Source of the DNA: Promethearchaeota archaeon
GTDB taxonomy: Archaea > Asgardarchaeota > Lokiarchaeia > Sigyniarchaeales > SOKP01
NCBI GenBank assembly: GCA_008080735.1
Contig: SHMW01000016.1
Location: 1-64,000 of the forward strand
Direction: 5' to 3'
Length of the DNA: 64,000 nt
Part shown: positions 39,847 to 49,479 of the stretch, one piece after another
Numbering within the stretch: position 1 is the stretch's first letter
How the letters are laid out: each line of letters starts with the position of its first letter
Notes under the pieces: model-generated
Told to the model about the DNA's origin: nothing
Seen by the model: only the letters and a program-made list of their open reading frames with translations
Databases searched by the model: none
Program-made: the position numbers and the translations under genes

Positions 39847-40055
39847 ATTTGAGTAATTTATTTTCTTTTTACGATAATTCATCCAAAATTAGGCAGCAAC
39901 TATTTTTTCACCTAGTATCATATTCCTATGAAATAATACACTTTTCAATAGATAGATTCTGAATAAGTTAGCTTATCCTTATATTGCATAAAATATATCA
40001 GACCTATAATGCTGAACTAAAGCTAAACAAATAGAAAAATTCCTAATACTAATAA

Positions 40056-40071
40056 TACATAATGTTCGATC
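40056..40071. repeat. 16-bp direct repeat TACATAATGTTCGATC, copy 1 (copy 2 at 40624-40639)
   Basis: Exact match read from the sequence. Confidence 0.85.
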
Positions 40072-40176
40072 CGTGATATTTATTAAGGTAGATTTCTTTA
40101 TGATATATAACAAATCGAATATTAAACATATTCAGATTAAAAACGAATTTGTCTCGATGGAACTATAATAGAATTA

Positions 40177-40617
40177 TTGAGAAAAGATTTGGTGAAGAAC
40201 TTGATAAAAACTAATTTATTTGAGAGTCAAGAAGATTATTTAAAAATTATTTATTTAATATCAAAGACTAAGCATGGTGGCTGGGTTTCTAATGGAGAAA
40301 TCTCTCTGAGATTAAATGTGAAACCATCATCGGTTTCTGATATGCTCCATAAGTTAGAAGATTTGGGGTTGATTAATTGGAAACCAAGAAGTGCGATCAG
40401 GCTCACAGAAAAAGGAAAAATTATTGCAGAACAATTGATCTATCGCTATAAACTTATGAAAATTGTCATATCAAATATATTTGAAATCGAAGATGAAAAT
40501 TTTTTAAACGAAATTTGTTGCAAAATAGAACACGATATTCCAGTTGAATTGTGTGAATCCGTCTCTGTTCAATATCAATCAATTTTAAACAAATCTAAAA
40601 AAAAAGATAGTTCTTAA
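40177..40617 (+). CDS. DtxR/MntR-family metal-dependent transcriptional regulator
   Basis: EDYLKIIY, V.PSSVSDML.KL, LTEKG, CKIEH; start TTG/GTG uncertain. Confidence 0.88.
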   Translation: MRKDLVKNLIKTNLFESQEDYLKIIYLISKTKHGGWVSNGEISLRLNVKPSSVSDMLHKLEDLGLINWKPRSAIRLTEKGKIIAEQLIYRYKLMKIVISNIFEIEDENFLNEICCKIEHDIPVELCESVSVQYQSILNKSKKKDSS

Positions 40618-40623
40618 TAATTC

Positions 40624-40639
40624 TACATAATGTTCGATC
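40624..40639. repeat. 16-bp direct repeat TACATAATGTTCGATC, copy 2
   Basis: Exact match to 40056-40071. Confidence 0.85.
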
Positions 40640-40699
40640 AAAAATGAGAAATGAAAAAAGGAAAATAATTACGGTGAAGGATTTTGGAGGAGTGTAAAA

Positions 40700-41350
40700 A
40701 TGTTTTTTGGTAAAAGGTTTAGCGGATATCATAAGGGATCTTTATCGGGTTTAGAACTTTTGGTAATTTCATTGATAAAAAACCAACCAAATTTGACAGG
40801 GTATGACATAATTCAAGAAATAAACAAGAAATTCAAGCCTATGTGGAAAGCGTCTGCTGGTACGATTTATCCGTTGTTAGAACGGCTTTTTAAAAAAGAG
40901 TTGGTAAATGTCCAAGAAATCGTTGATGAAAATAATCGAAAGAAGAAAATCTATACAATCAGTGAGAAGGGAAAAGAAGAATTGAAGAAAGCGTTGAAGG
41001 GTAATTTTGAGCCGAGTCTACAAACATTAGGGAAATTCATTCGAACTCTATTACAAGGAATCAATATAGACGAGAATATGGAGAACGTATTTAGCTGTTT
41101 TCCGTTCTGTGATAAACATTTTGGAATTGAAGTCGATGAGGAAGATATTTCAAGAGAAAATTTAGAACGAATTGAAAGAAGAGTTGAAGAACTGAGAAAT
41201 TATAAAGAAAGATTGAGCAACAGAATCGACTCATTAGACCAGCAGATCACGCATTATGAAGCAGTATTAAAGGAACTTAAAAAAAGACGAGAACAAGAAG
41301 CTAAACCAATACCAATAGTAGAAGACGATGAGGAATTTGAAAATTTCTAA
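40700..41350 (+). CDS. PadR-family regulator with C-terminal coiled coil
   Basis: GYDI..EI, W..S.GTIYPLL.RL, KKIY.IS.KG; GGAGGAG SD. Confidence 0.88.
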   Translation: MFFGKRFSGYHKGSLSGLELLVISLIKNQPNLTGYDIIQEINKKFKPMWKASAGTIYPLLERLFKKELVNVQEIVDENNRKKKIYTISEKGKEELKKALKGNFEPSLQTLGKFIRTLLQGINIDENMENVFSCFPFCDKHFGIEVDEEDISRENLERIERRVEELRNYKERLSNRIDSLDQQITHYEAVLKELKKRREQEAKPIPIVEDDEEFENF

Positions 41351-41394
41351 ACAAATAAAAAAAAATTTAAAAAAATTAGGAGGTATAAATTAGA

Positions 41395-41907
41395 ATGTGT
41401 TATGGATCTGAAGGAAATGCGAATGTAAAAGTCGGAACAGCTTTTTTTAGCAAGGAGATGCCCCATATGATAAGAGGCATAATGAGTCATTTAAAAGATT
41501 GCATGGAAAGCTTTGAAGGATGGGTGCCCTATGAATTGGAGGAATATGAATCGGATTATTTGGTAAGAGTACCATTACCAGGACTATCTAAAAATGAAGT
41601 GGAATTATCTTTAATTAGCGGACATTTGAATATTAAAGCCGAGAGAAAGAAGGATCCAGAAAAACGTAAAAAAGTTGGATCGAACACGTCAGAAGTACGT
41701 AGAGGGCAATTTTTTAAGCATATCTTTACGACGATTTATGATTCCGATGTAAATTTAGATATTCCTCTTCCCTCAAATGCTGATGAAGAGAATATCAAAT
41801 CGGAAATGAAAAATGGATTGTTGAGAATAAAGATAGGAAAAAAACCGCCAAAAAAGATTAATATCAATCCCGAAGAGCCCGAGAGTAATTATAAAAACCA
41901 AAATTAA
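41395..41907 (+). CDS. Hsp20/alpha-crystallin small heat-shock protein
   Basis: LPGL.K..V, LP..., NGLL.I, C-terminal I-N-I motif; AGGAGGT SD. Confidence 0.85.
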   Translation: MCYGSEGNANVKVGTAFFSKEMPHMIRGIMSHLKDCMESFEGWVPYELEEYESDYLVRVPLPGLSKNEVELSLISGHLNIKAERKKDPEKRKKVGSNTSEVRRGQFFKHIFTTIYDSDVNLDIPLPSNADEENIKSEMKNGLLRIKIGKKPPKKININPEEPESNYKNQN

Positions 41908-41978
41908 AATGGGAGTCTTTAGATTCTTTGGCAAATATTGACCGCACGGACAATATCTTCTCTAAAGAACTCCCATTT
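41907..41978 (+). other. Long imperfect stem-loop in the hsp20 3' region, followed by oligo-T
   Basis: AAATGGGAGT-CTTTAGA pairs with TCTAAAG-A-ACTCCCATTT; inner stem ATATTG/CAATAT plus CC/GG. Confidence 0.7.
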
Positions 41979-42209
41979 ATATTATTTTTTTTATATCTTA
42001 TATTTTTATTGATGGATTTAGACTTTTTATATTGATTTTTTAAAGATGCTTGAAACTGGATTTTAATACATACGGATCAATATTTTCTCGACGTATTCAA
42101 GGGTACATATCGTAGAGGAAATTCTCTCATTCTTATCAATCATATACATTCTTTTCAAACTTTATAAGTGAGAAAACCAAAAGATAGTATGAGGAATTGA
42201 AATTAACAT

Positions 42210-44027
42210 ATGGTGAGTGAAATGGAAAAAATTGCACGAATAAATCTAAAAACTAAAGAAATACGAATAGAGGAGGGTTCAGAATCATTAGAAGAAAAAT
42301 ATATTGGTGGGTCTGGAGTGGCAGCGGCCCTATTTACAAATGAAGTCTCTCCAGAGACGGATCCATTTGATGAAAATAATCTCTTAATTTTTTCCGTAGG
42401 TCCATTTTCCGGAACCGCCATCCCATTCGGAGGAAGGCACTTCGTAATGGCTAAATCCCCTTTAACTAATATATTGGGAGAATCTTCAGCAGGAGGTTTT
42501 TTTGGAAGGGAATTGAGAGCGGCGGGACATAATCATTTAGTTTTTGAGGGAAAAAGTCAAGAACCCATATTTATTTCCATAAAAAATAGTAACATAGAAC
42601 TGAAAGATGCAACTCAATTATGGGGTAAAGGAATCCATGAAACCGAATCATTAATTAAGAAGGAATTTAACGATGACACATTAAAGATTGCGTCCATTGG
42701 GCCTGCGGGAGAAAATTTGGTGCGATATGCCTCTATAATAAATGAAGGAGATCATGCTGCGGGACGGTGTGGATTAGGAGCGGTAATGGGAAATAAGAAT
42801 TTAAAAGCCATTGCCGTGAAAGGTAGCAATAAAGTTGAGGTAAGTAATAAAGATGCGGTTCTGCATGCAGCGAAATCAATACAAGAGTTAGTAAAAGCCA
42901 GTCCCTTGGCTAATATCATGAAAGATTCCGGCACTGTTATTCATATGGATAATTATGTGAGATTCGGGGACATACCCATCAAAAATTATTCAGAAAGTCG
43001 GTGGAAAGGTACGAAAAATTTAGGATATTATGCCATGCAAGCACGAGGAGAGTTAAAAACTAGCGCATGCTTCAATTGTCCCGTAGGATGCCGAGGTGAA
43101 TTACAATATGAAGGGGATTGGGTTGCATGGCCCGAATATGAAACATGTGCGATGCTGGGAGCTAACCTTTATATTGATGATTTAGAAACCTTAATAAAAT
43201 GGAATATAATAACAAATAACCTTGGAATTGATACCATCTCCTTGGGAAGTACTTTGGGATGTTTTCTTGAAGCTACTGAAATGGGTCTTCTAGATATCGA
43301 TTTAGATTCTCTCGGATTCGAAGAAGATTCTGAAAGCGAGAGCGGATATAAGATATGGGGTTCAACTGAGCCTGTAGAAAACCTTATCAAGATGACCGCA
43401 AACAAGGAAGGAATTGGAAAAGACTTAGCGGAAGGAGTGGATAGGTTTCGAAAAATTCATGATCTCCCAGAAGAATTCGATGTCACGGGGAAAGGTTTAG
43501 AAGTACCGGCACATGAACCGCGCTCAAGTAATTTGACTGCGCTGGATTACGCCACTTCAAGCCGAGGCGCATATCATTGCTATGAACCAATGCATCTGTC
43601 ATTTGGAATGAATCTGAAAGAAGAGATCGGATTAACAGAGAAAATTGACCGATTTTCAGAAGAAGATGAGGTAATTGATGCAGTGATAAAAATTCAGAAT
43701 TCGAGCGAAGCTTATGGAGCAAGTGGGGGTTGTATCTTTGGATTCTGGTTTATTAATAAAATTTCTCCTTGGGTAGAAGGATTGAATGCTATTACGGGTC
43801 GAGATTATACTGTTGATTCTTGGGTTAACGCGGGAGAGAGGATTTTCAATCTAAAACGTAAATATAATTTAGAATGTGGATTATCCAGCGATGATGATAC
43901 GGTGGGAAAACGGTTTTTCATTCCAATAGAAAAAGGCGGAACAAAAGGTTATACCCCTCCGCTTAGTGAGTTTGTTCCAAAATATTACAAAATACGTGGA
44001 TGGAATGAGCAGGGTATGCCTAAATAA
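42210..44027 (+). CDS. aor: Tungsten-containing aldehyde:ferredoxin oxidoreductase family protein
   Basis: KSPLT..GES.AGG, IGPAGEN, AGR.GLGAVMG.KNLKAI, C..CP..C, EYET, GIDTIS, YY..RGW. Confidence 0.92.
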   Translation: MVSEMEKIARINLKTKEIRIEEGSESLEEKYIGGSGVAAALFTNEVSPETDPFDENNLLIFSVGPFSGTAIPFGGRHFVMAKSPLTNILGESSAGGFFGRELRAAGHNHLVFEGKSQEPIFISIKNSNIELKDATQLWGKGIHETESLIKKEFNDDTLKIASIGPAGENLVRYASIINEGDHAAGRCGLGAVMGNKNLKAIAVKGSNKVEVSNKDAVLHAAKSIQELVKASPLANIMKDSGTVIHMDNYVRFGDIPIKNYSESRWKGTKNLGYYAMQARGELKTSACFNCPVGCRGELQYEGDWVAWPEYETCAMLGANLYIDDLETLIKWNIITNNLGIDTISLGSTLGCFLEATEMGLLDIDLDSLGFEEDSESESGYKIWGSTEPVENLIKMTANKEGIGKDLAEGVDRFRKIHDLPEEFDVTGKGLEVPAHEPRSSNLTALDYATSSRGAYHCYEPMHLSFGMNLKEEIGLTEKIDRFSEEDEVIDAVIKIQNSSEAYGASGGCIFGFWFINKISPWVEGLNAITGRDYTVDSWVNAGERIFNLKRKYNLECGLSSDDDTVGKRFFIPIEKGGTKGYTPPLSEFVPKYYKIRGWNEQGMPK

Positions 44028-44239
44028 TAATCTGTTTTTTTATTTATTTATAAATTAATTCTCTCAATTTTTTACTTCCATTTTTTTAAAATTGTATTAT
44101 TGAGATATAATCACAATAATACCAGAATAGCACTTTAGAGGTAGTATTATTCTAATATTATATTAATATATTATTGATTTTTCGCTTGTTAAGTATAATA
44201 AAACGTTTATTAAACATATACTAAAAATAGGTGTTGTAA

Positions 44240-44398
44240 ATTAAACTTGTAACCTGCCATATCCCCGAACAGTATATCAAAGGCATTGAGGAGCTGGTAG
44301 ATGCAAATTATTACCCAAATCGATCTGAAGTAATTCGTGTCGCTATCCGAGATTTATTGAAGAACGAACTCAAAGTCCTTATTCGAAGAGAAGATTAA
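44240..44398 (+). CDS. Ribbon-helix-helix (CopG/CdrS-like) regulator, 52 aa, apparent ATT start; not in the ORF track
   Basis: (I/M)KLVTCHIPEQYIKGIEELVDANYYPNRSEVIRVAIRDLLKNE; AGGTG SD at 44229-44233; in-frame TAA immediately before ATT; oligo-T after the stop. Confidence 0.85.
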   Translation: MKLVTCHIPEQYIKGIEELVDANYYPNRSEVIRVAIRDLLKNELKVLIRRED

Positions 44399-44493
44399 CT
44401 CTTTTTTTTCACTTTTTTTCATTATTTTTGTTATCTTTTTCCTTATCTAATCCAAACAAAATGCTTTATTTGAAATATGCTTTACTTAATTCA

Positions 44494-45354
44494 ATGAGTT
44501 ATACCCACATGGATTTTGAATATATCGATTCACATGTACACCTCTTCCCACCTGAAATATTCAAAGCTATTTGGAGGTTTTTTGAGAGAAGAGATGATGA
44601 GGGAAAGATTAGAGGATGGCCCGTTGAATATAAATATCCTACTGAAGAATTAATAAGTACTTTAAAAAAACATAATGTTCAATATTTTACCACCTACAAT
44701 TATGCGCATAAAAAAGGTGTTGCTGAATATATAAACGATTGGATTCGTGAATTTGCTCTTAATAATAAAAATTCGATACCTTTTGGATGTGTGTGGCCAG
44801 AAGACAATAACCGAGTTGATTATATCCAGAAAATTTTTGATACGTATAATTTTCAGGGGATCAAAATTCAGCCCCTAGTTCAGAAATTTTATCCTTTTGA
44901 TGAAAGGATGGATGAGATCTATAAATTGATTATCGATAGGGGAAAATGGCTTAATATACATGCGGGAACAGCACCATATAGGAATAAATATGTGGGATTT
45001 GATAATTTTCAAAAATTTATTGAAAAATATCCTAATATTAATGTGATTGTCGCCCACATGGGGGCATTTGAATATCAAAAATTTTTAAAACTTTTAGATA
45101 TATATGATAATCTTTATTTGGACACGACCATGATATTTATACCTGATAATATTTTTCCAGAAAGAAAATCGAGGCAACCCACACCAGAGCAGTTAATTTC
45201 ATATGAAAATAAAATCTTATTTGGGAGTGATTTCCCTAACATTCCATATAAATATAACTATTCCACCCAAGGATTATTAGAATTTGATTTATCTCACGAC
45301 TTTTATGAGAAAATTTTTTTTAGTAACGCAAAACGAATTTTTAATATGTTTTGA
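44494..45354 (+). CDS. Amidohydrolase_2-family metal-dependent hydrolase
   Basis: IDSHVH, GIKIQP, IHAG, AHMG, YLDT, LFGSDFP; start 44494 or 44509. Confidence 0.88.
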   Translation: MSYTHMDFEYIDSHVHLFPPEIFKAIWRFFERRDDEGKIRGWPVEYKYPTEELISTLKKHNVQYFTTYNYAHKKGVAEYINDWIREFALNNKNSIPFGCVWPEDNNRVDYIQKIFDTYNFQGIKIQPLVQKFYPFDERMDEIYKLIIDRGKWLNIHAGTAPYRNKYVGFDNFQKFIEKYPNINVIVAHMGAFEYQKFLKLLDIYDNLYLDTTMIFIPDNIFPERKSRQPTPEQLISYENKILFGSDFPNIPYKYNYSTQGLLEFDLSHDFYEKIFFSNAKRIFNMF

Positions 45355-45441
45355 AGTCAAAATATAACTTAACAAATATTTTTCCTTAAAATTCAAAAAG
45401 AAAAATAAATGTAAAAATTTTATAGCCTCACGATATCAGTT

Positions 45442-46029
45442 TTATTCCTTTATATTCTTATTAATTTTAATAGCGATGAGATAGAACAATATAGCAGCAA
45501 AGAACCAAACTAGCTGTGGGAATAGAGTAAAGGGATGACCGTTCATCCAAAAGAGACATGGATTCCACCAGCAGGGTATATACTCCCAACCACCACCTAA
45601 AATACTGCTAATTTCGATAAGTAGAGATTGAATTTGACCCCAAATTTCTAAAATAATTAATTCCTTGATATTGAAAGTGGAAAAATAGTTTTCTTTTGAA
45701 TATAGACGGATAAAACCCACACCGATTAGAAAAATTCCTCCGTCCCAGACAGAGTGAATTATTCCATGGATAGGAAACGGTGCCAAAGGTCTCGAGCCCG
45801 AAAAGGTGGCAATTGGTATTTCTAATTCTCTGGCAAGCCCCAATGGGATTTCCCATAGTAAGCCTATTGCAAATCCAAGTAAAAATAGATATAGAACGAA
45901 TTTAGTGATCTTTTTAAAGAGAAATAGGAATACTACAATGATGAGAATGAACGCAGCTATGGCGTAATCGATTATAAAAAAATTTTCGCCTATAAAAATG
46001 AGTAAATTCGAGAATAGCATTAGATTCAC
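45442..46029 (-). CDS. Hypothetical multi-pass membrane protein
   Basis: Five TM segments with GLLWE, HSVWDGG and WEY..WWNP polar motifs. Confidence 0.65.
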   Translation of the reverse strand: MNLMLFSNLLIFIGENFFIIDYAIAAFILIIVVFLFLFKKITKFVLYLFLLGFAIGLLWEIPLGLARELEIPIATFSGSRPLAPFPIHGIIHSVWDGGIFLIGVGFIRLYSKENYFSTFNIKELIILEIWGQIQSLLIEISSILGGGWEYIPCWWNPCLFWMNGHPFTLFPQLVWFFAAILFYLIAIKINKNIKE

Positions 46030-46154
46030 ATTTATGATAATAGAATAATTTATTTTAAAATGATTTAATTGATTAATACTGATGGTTTTTTAAGTCTTTT
46101 CAATAGCTCCTTAACATTCTGAAGAACTTTCTTATAAAAAGGGAAAAAAAAAGT

Positions 46155-46928
46155 TTAAACTTCCAAAATTGCCAAACTCAATGCCATAACGAACATCCCA
46201 ACAACTATCCCTATGATCGACCATTTTTCATTTCCAAAACAATGAGATACAGGTAATAATTCATCTATAGACACATACACCATGATTCCAGCAACAACTG
46301 CTAATAGTGCTGATAAAATTAATGGGGTGATAAATGGAAGAAAAATCAGTCCGAAAACAATTGCTCCTAGGGGTTCAGACATACCACTCAAAAAAGCCCA
46401 GAAAAATCCTTTCTTTTTGCTTTGCATCGATTCACACGTAGGAATGGCGACCGCGATACCTTCTGGAATATTATGAAGTGCTATTGCGATAGTTAGAATG
46501 ACACCTATCTCAATATTGTCTATAGTTCCAACAACAGTTGCTAAGCCCTCTGGGAGGTTATGAATAAAAATTCCTAAAAATACGAAAATGGAAGCTTTTG
46601 TTAGTCGCTCATCAATGGTGCACTCCTTTTTGAAATAGTCCTCTTGGAAATGATACCTATGAGAAACCATTATATCAATTGCAAACATAATTCCCATTCC
46701 CAAAAAGAAAAAAAGTGATCCAATCAAGATACTATCAAAAGTAACGATTGCATCTTGCAAGAGTTCGGCAAAAGATACAAAAAGCATTACACCAGCGGAT
46801 AGCCCCATAATCATAGATAAAAATTTAGGACCGGGATCTTTATAGAAAAACGCTACCAATCCTCCAATAGAGGTGGAAAGCCCCGCGATGAAACTCAATA
46901 ATACACCAAGTAAGAATGCTTCAATCAT
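46155..46928 (-). CDS. zupT: ZIP-family divalent metal transporter
   Basis: SAGVML.VSF.EL, HNLPEG, HNIPEG, SEPLGA, DELLP. Confidence 0.92.
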   Translation of the reverse strand: MIEAFLLGVLLSFIAGLSTSIGGLVAFFYKDPGPKFLSMIMGLSAGVMLFVSFAELLQDAIVTFDSILIGSLFFFLGMGIMFAIDIMVSHRYHFQEDYFKKECTIDERLTKASIFVFLGIFIHNLPEGLATVVGTIDNIEIGVILTIAIALHNIPEGIAVAIPTCESMQSKKKGFFWAFLSGMSEPLGAIVFGLIFLPFITPLILSALLAVVAGIMVYVSIDELLPVSHCFGNEKWSIIGIVVGMFVMALSLAILEV

Positions 46929-47044
46929 CTTGTTTCAATTCTATTTTTATAAACTATTTAATCTTTCATTTATAATCTATTATATATTATTTGTTTTAGG
47001 ATTGAAGAGTTAAATCTTTTTACGACTTAAAGGAGTATCAAAAA

Positions 47045-48067
47045 ATGAAAAATGCATCTGATAAAGATAAACTGTTTTTCTTCGAACGACATTTCCTAAC
47101 ACTGGATGGATTATGGATGATTGAAACGGAAAATGAGTTAGGCTGGGATAGGGCATTAAAAATCGACACAGAAGTATGGAAAAAATTATTAAAGATCATT
47201 ATCAGAAGATTAAAAGGTTACTTAGAAATAGAAGGTAACTCAATAGCAGATCTACTTAAAATATTGACCTTTCGATGGACTGTTGAAGGATGGGAATTTG
47301 ATTCTAAAATAGAAAATGAGAATGTCGTGGTTCAAATCGAAAAATGTCCGTATAAGTCAGCAATGAGCAGGAATCCCGAACGCCATAATAAAATCCCGTT
47401 AATTTGCCAGGATATGTGTATTCCGTTCTATGAAGATATAATCGAGCATTTCAATCCAAATATTCAAGTCGAAAGAAATAAGTATATGGGATTGGGAGAT
47501 ACCATCTGTAATTTCGAGCTAAGTTATAGAGATAAAGGTTCTAAAATAGTACCAGAAACTATAAAACCAATTATTAAAGTAAACGATGATGATAAGCTTT
47601 TTTATTTTGAACGAAATTTTAAAACCTTGGATGGTCTTTGGATTATTGAGCTCGAAAATGAATCTGATTTTCAGACTTCTGTGGAAATTGATACAGTGGT
47701 TTGGCAAAGATTATACCAAATTATTTTTAGAAGAGTAAAGCGATATTTAGAGATTAATTCAAACGATTTGGAAGCTCTAATTGAATTAATTTCCTTTATT
47801 TGGAGTTGTGAAGGATATAAATACGAATTAGATTACTTAAATAAAAATGAAGCGGAGATGAGAATAATCCAGTGTCCCTATGAAGAAGCCATGAGAAGAA
47901 ATCCCGAAAGGATAGATAAAATTGAGACTATTTGTAAAGATATGTGCATTCCTTTCTACGAACCCGCCTTACACGATTTTAATAGAAATATTGAGTTAAA
48001 AAGATCCAAATTTTTAGGCACTGGAGATAATAAATGTGATTTCCATCTCATTTTGAATGAAAAATAA
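47045..48067 (+). CDS. Tandem-duplicated DUF6125/V4R-like (ATC-hydrolase-like) domain protein
   Basis: F.TLDGLW...ID..VW...CPY..AM.RNPER...C.DMCIPFYE...G.GD..C.F unit occurs twice. Confidence 0.75.
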   Translation: MKNASDKDKLFFFERHFLTLDGLWMIETENELGWDRALKIDTEVWKKLLKIIIRRLKGYLEIEGNSIADLLKILTFRWTVEGWEFDSKIENENVVVQIEKCPYKSAMSRNPERHNKIPLICQDMCIPFYEDIIEHFNPNIQVERNKYMGLGDTICNFELSYRDKGSKIVPETIKPIIKVNDDDKLFYFERNFKTLDGLWIIELENESDFQTSVEIDTVVWQRLYQIIFRRVKRYLEINSNDLEALIELISFIWSCEGYKYELDYLNKNEAEMRIIQCPYEEAMRRNPERIDKIETICKDMCIPFYEPALHDFNRNIELKRSKFLGTGDNKCDFHLILNEK

Positions 48068-48174
48068 ACTGATTTATTAATGAACATTTTTATGAAAATA
48101 AGTTTCATTCAACAGATTTATGGATTTCGACAATTTACTCTAAATGATTGATATTTAAACCAGTGAAAATCAAT

Positions 48175-49161
48175 CTAAGAATTAAAGTTAAGAAAAATTC
48201 CCTTTTTTTTTAGTTGCTTCAACTTTGATTTACTTTCAGAATCAAAGGGGTTGTCCCACATATGGATTTCCGAAAGAGATTTCTTAGAATCTCCAAATGG
48301 ATTTTCAGACCAAGATGTTAACTCGATTATTGCCTTGGGAATCTTAGAAATCTTATTATGGGAAATATAAAGTGTTTTTAATTGATCCAATGAGCTCATT
48401 GAATCAGGAAGAGATGTAAGTTGATTATAATCTAAAGCTAATTTCTCAAGAGAACTCAAATTCCCAATACACTCTGATAGATATTTTAGGTTATTTTGAC
48501 TTAAGAATAAATATCTTAAGGATTTCAAATTACCAACAGTTGTTGGAAGTTCTTCTAAATTATTCATTTTTAAATAAAGACTAGTTAAATTTGTTAGAGA
48601 ACCAATCGATTCTGGAAGATTTTTTATTTTATTTTGACTAATTGAGAGATATTTAAGAGATTTCAGATTTCCAATTGAATCTGGCAAATATATTAAATTG
48701 TTTTCGTTTAATTCTAGTTTTTCTAATGCATAAAGATTTCCAATAGAATAGCTAAGCTTATTTAATTGATTGCAATTAAGATTTAATGTTTTAAGTGCAT
48801 AAAGTTTTCTTATAAATTTTGGGATGGTTTCTAACTGATTGGAGGATAAATCTAGGGTTTCTAAAGAGCTTAAATTAAAAAAAGAATATGGCAATGATTT
48901 GAGGTTGTTTGAAGCAAGAAAAATCTCTTTTAAATTAGAAAGTTCGCCTATTTTCTCGGGTAAGGATGATAACCCACAATTAATAAAGCCTAATCGAGTA
49001 ACTCTATTATCTTCTACTGAGAAGCCCATTCTCGTTTTCCAATCTGCTTTAGAAACTTTCGAGAACTTTTTAATTACACTCAACTCTTCTAATTCTTTAA
49101 GCACTTTAACCTCATTTTTAGGGATTCTAGAACCTCTAAATTCTACTTCCTGATTATTCAT
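48175..49161 (-). CDS. Leucine-rich repeat protein (23-aa LPxSIGNLxxL repeats)
   Basis: About 9-10 LxxLxLxxNxLxxLP repeats with N- and C-caps. Confidence 0.92.
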   Translation of the reverse strand: MNNQEVEFRGSRIPKNEVKVLKELEELSVIKKFSKVSKADWKTRMGFSVEDNRVTRLGFINCGLSSLPEKIGELSNLKEIFLASNNLKSLPYSFFNLSSLETLDLSSNQLETIPKFIRKLYALKTLNLNCNQLNKLSYSIGNLYALEKLELNENNLIYLPDSIGNLKSLKYLSISQNKIKNLPESIGSLTNLTSLYLKMNNLEELPTTVGNLKSLRYLFLSQNNLKYLSECIGNLSSLEKLALDYNQLTSLPDSMSSLDQLKTLYISHNKISKIPKAIIELTSWSENPFGDSKKSLSEIHMWDNPFDSESKSKLKQLKKKGIFLNFNS

Positions 49162-49479
49162 TAATTATCAGAATTATTTATTGTTCATATCTATTACTTT
49201 TTGAAAATCGGATAGTAATATACTTCTTTTTTTTCCATAACACGTGAAATTCCCCTTTTCTTTAAAAAAAATTCACTCTGTTTTTTAGACAAATCAATTA
49301 CTTAGCATATATAGGAAGATTTAATCAAAAAAGAAGAACATTCAATATTTATAACTTCTTCATAAAATAAACTCATGGATTATATATTAGATCAAGTTAA
49401 AATTGAAATCATTAAATAGAATAATATTCTAATTTACCATTATGTTGTTTTTTTATAATCAGGTTTAGAGGAGAAAAAA

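Noticed and set aside
41907-41978. Hairpin as a SECIS element
   Set aside because: No AUGA/GA kink-turn core, and no in-frame UGA-interrupted gene was seen nearby.
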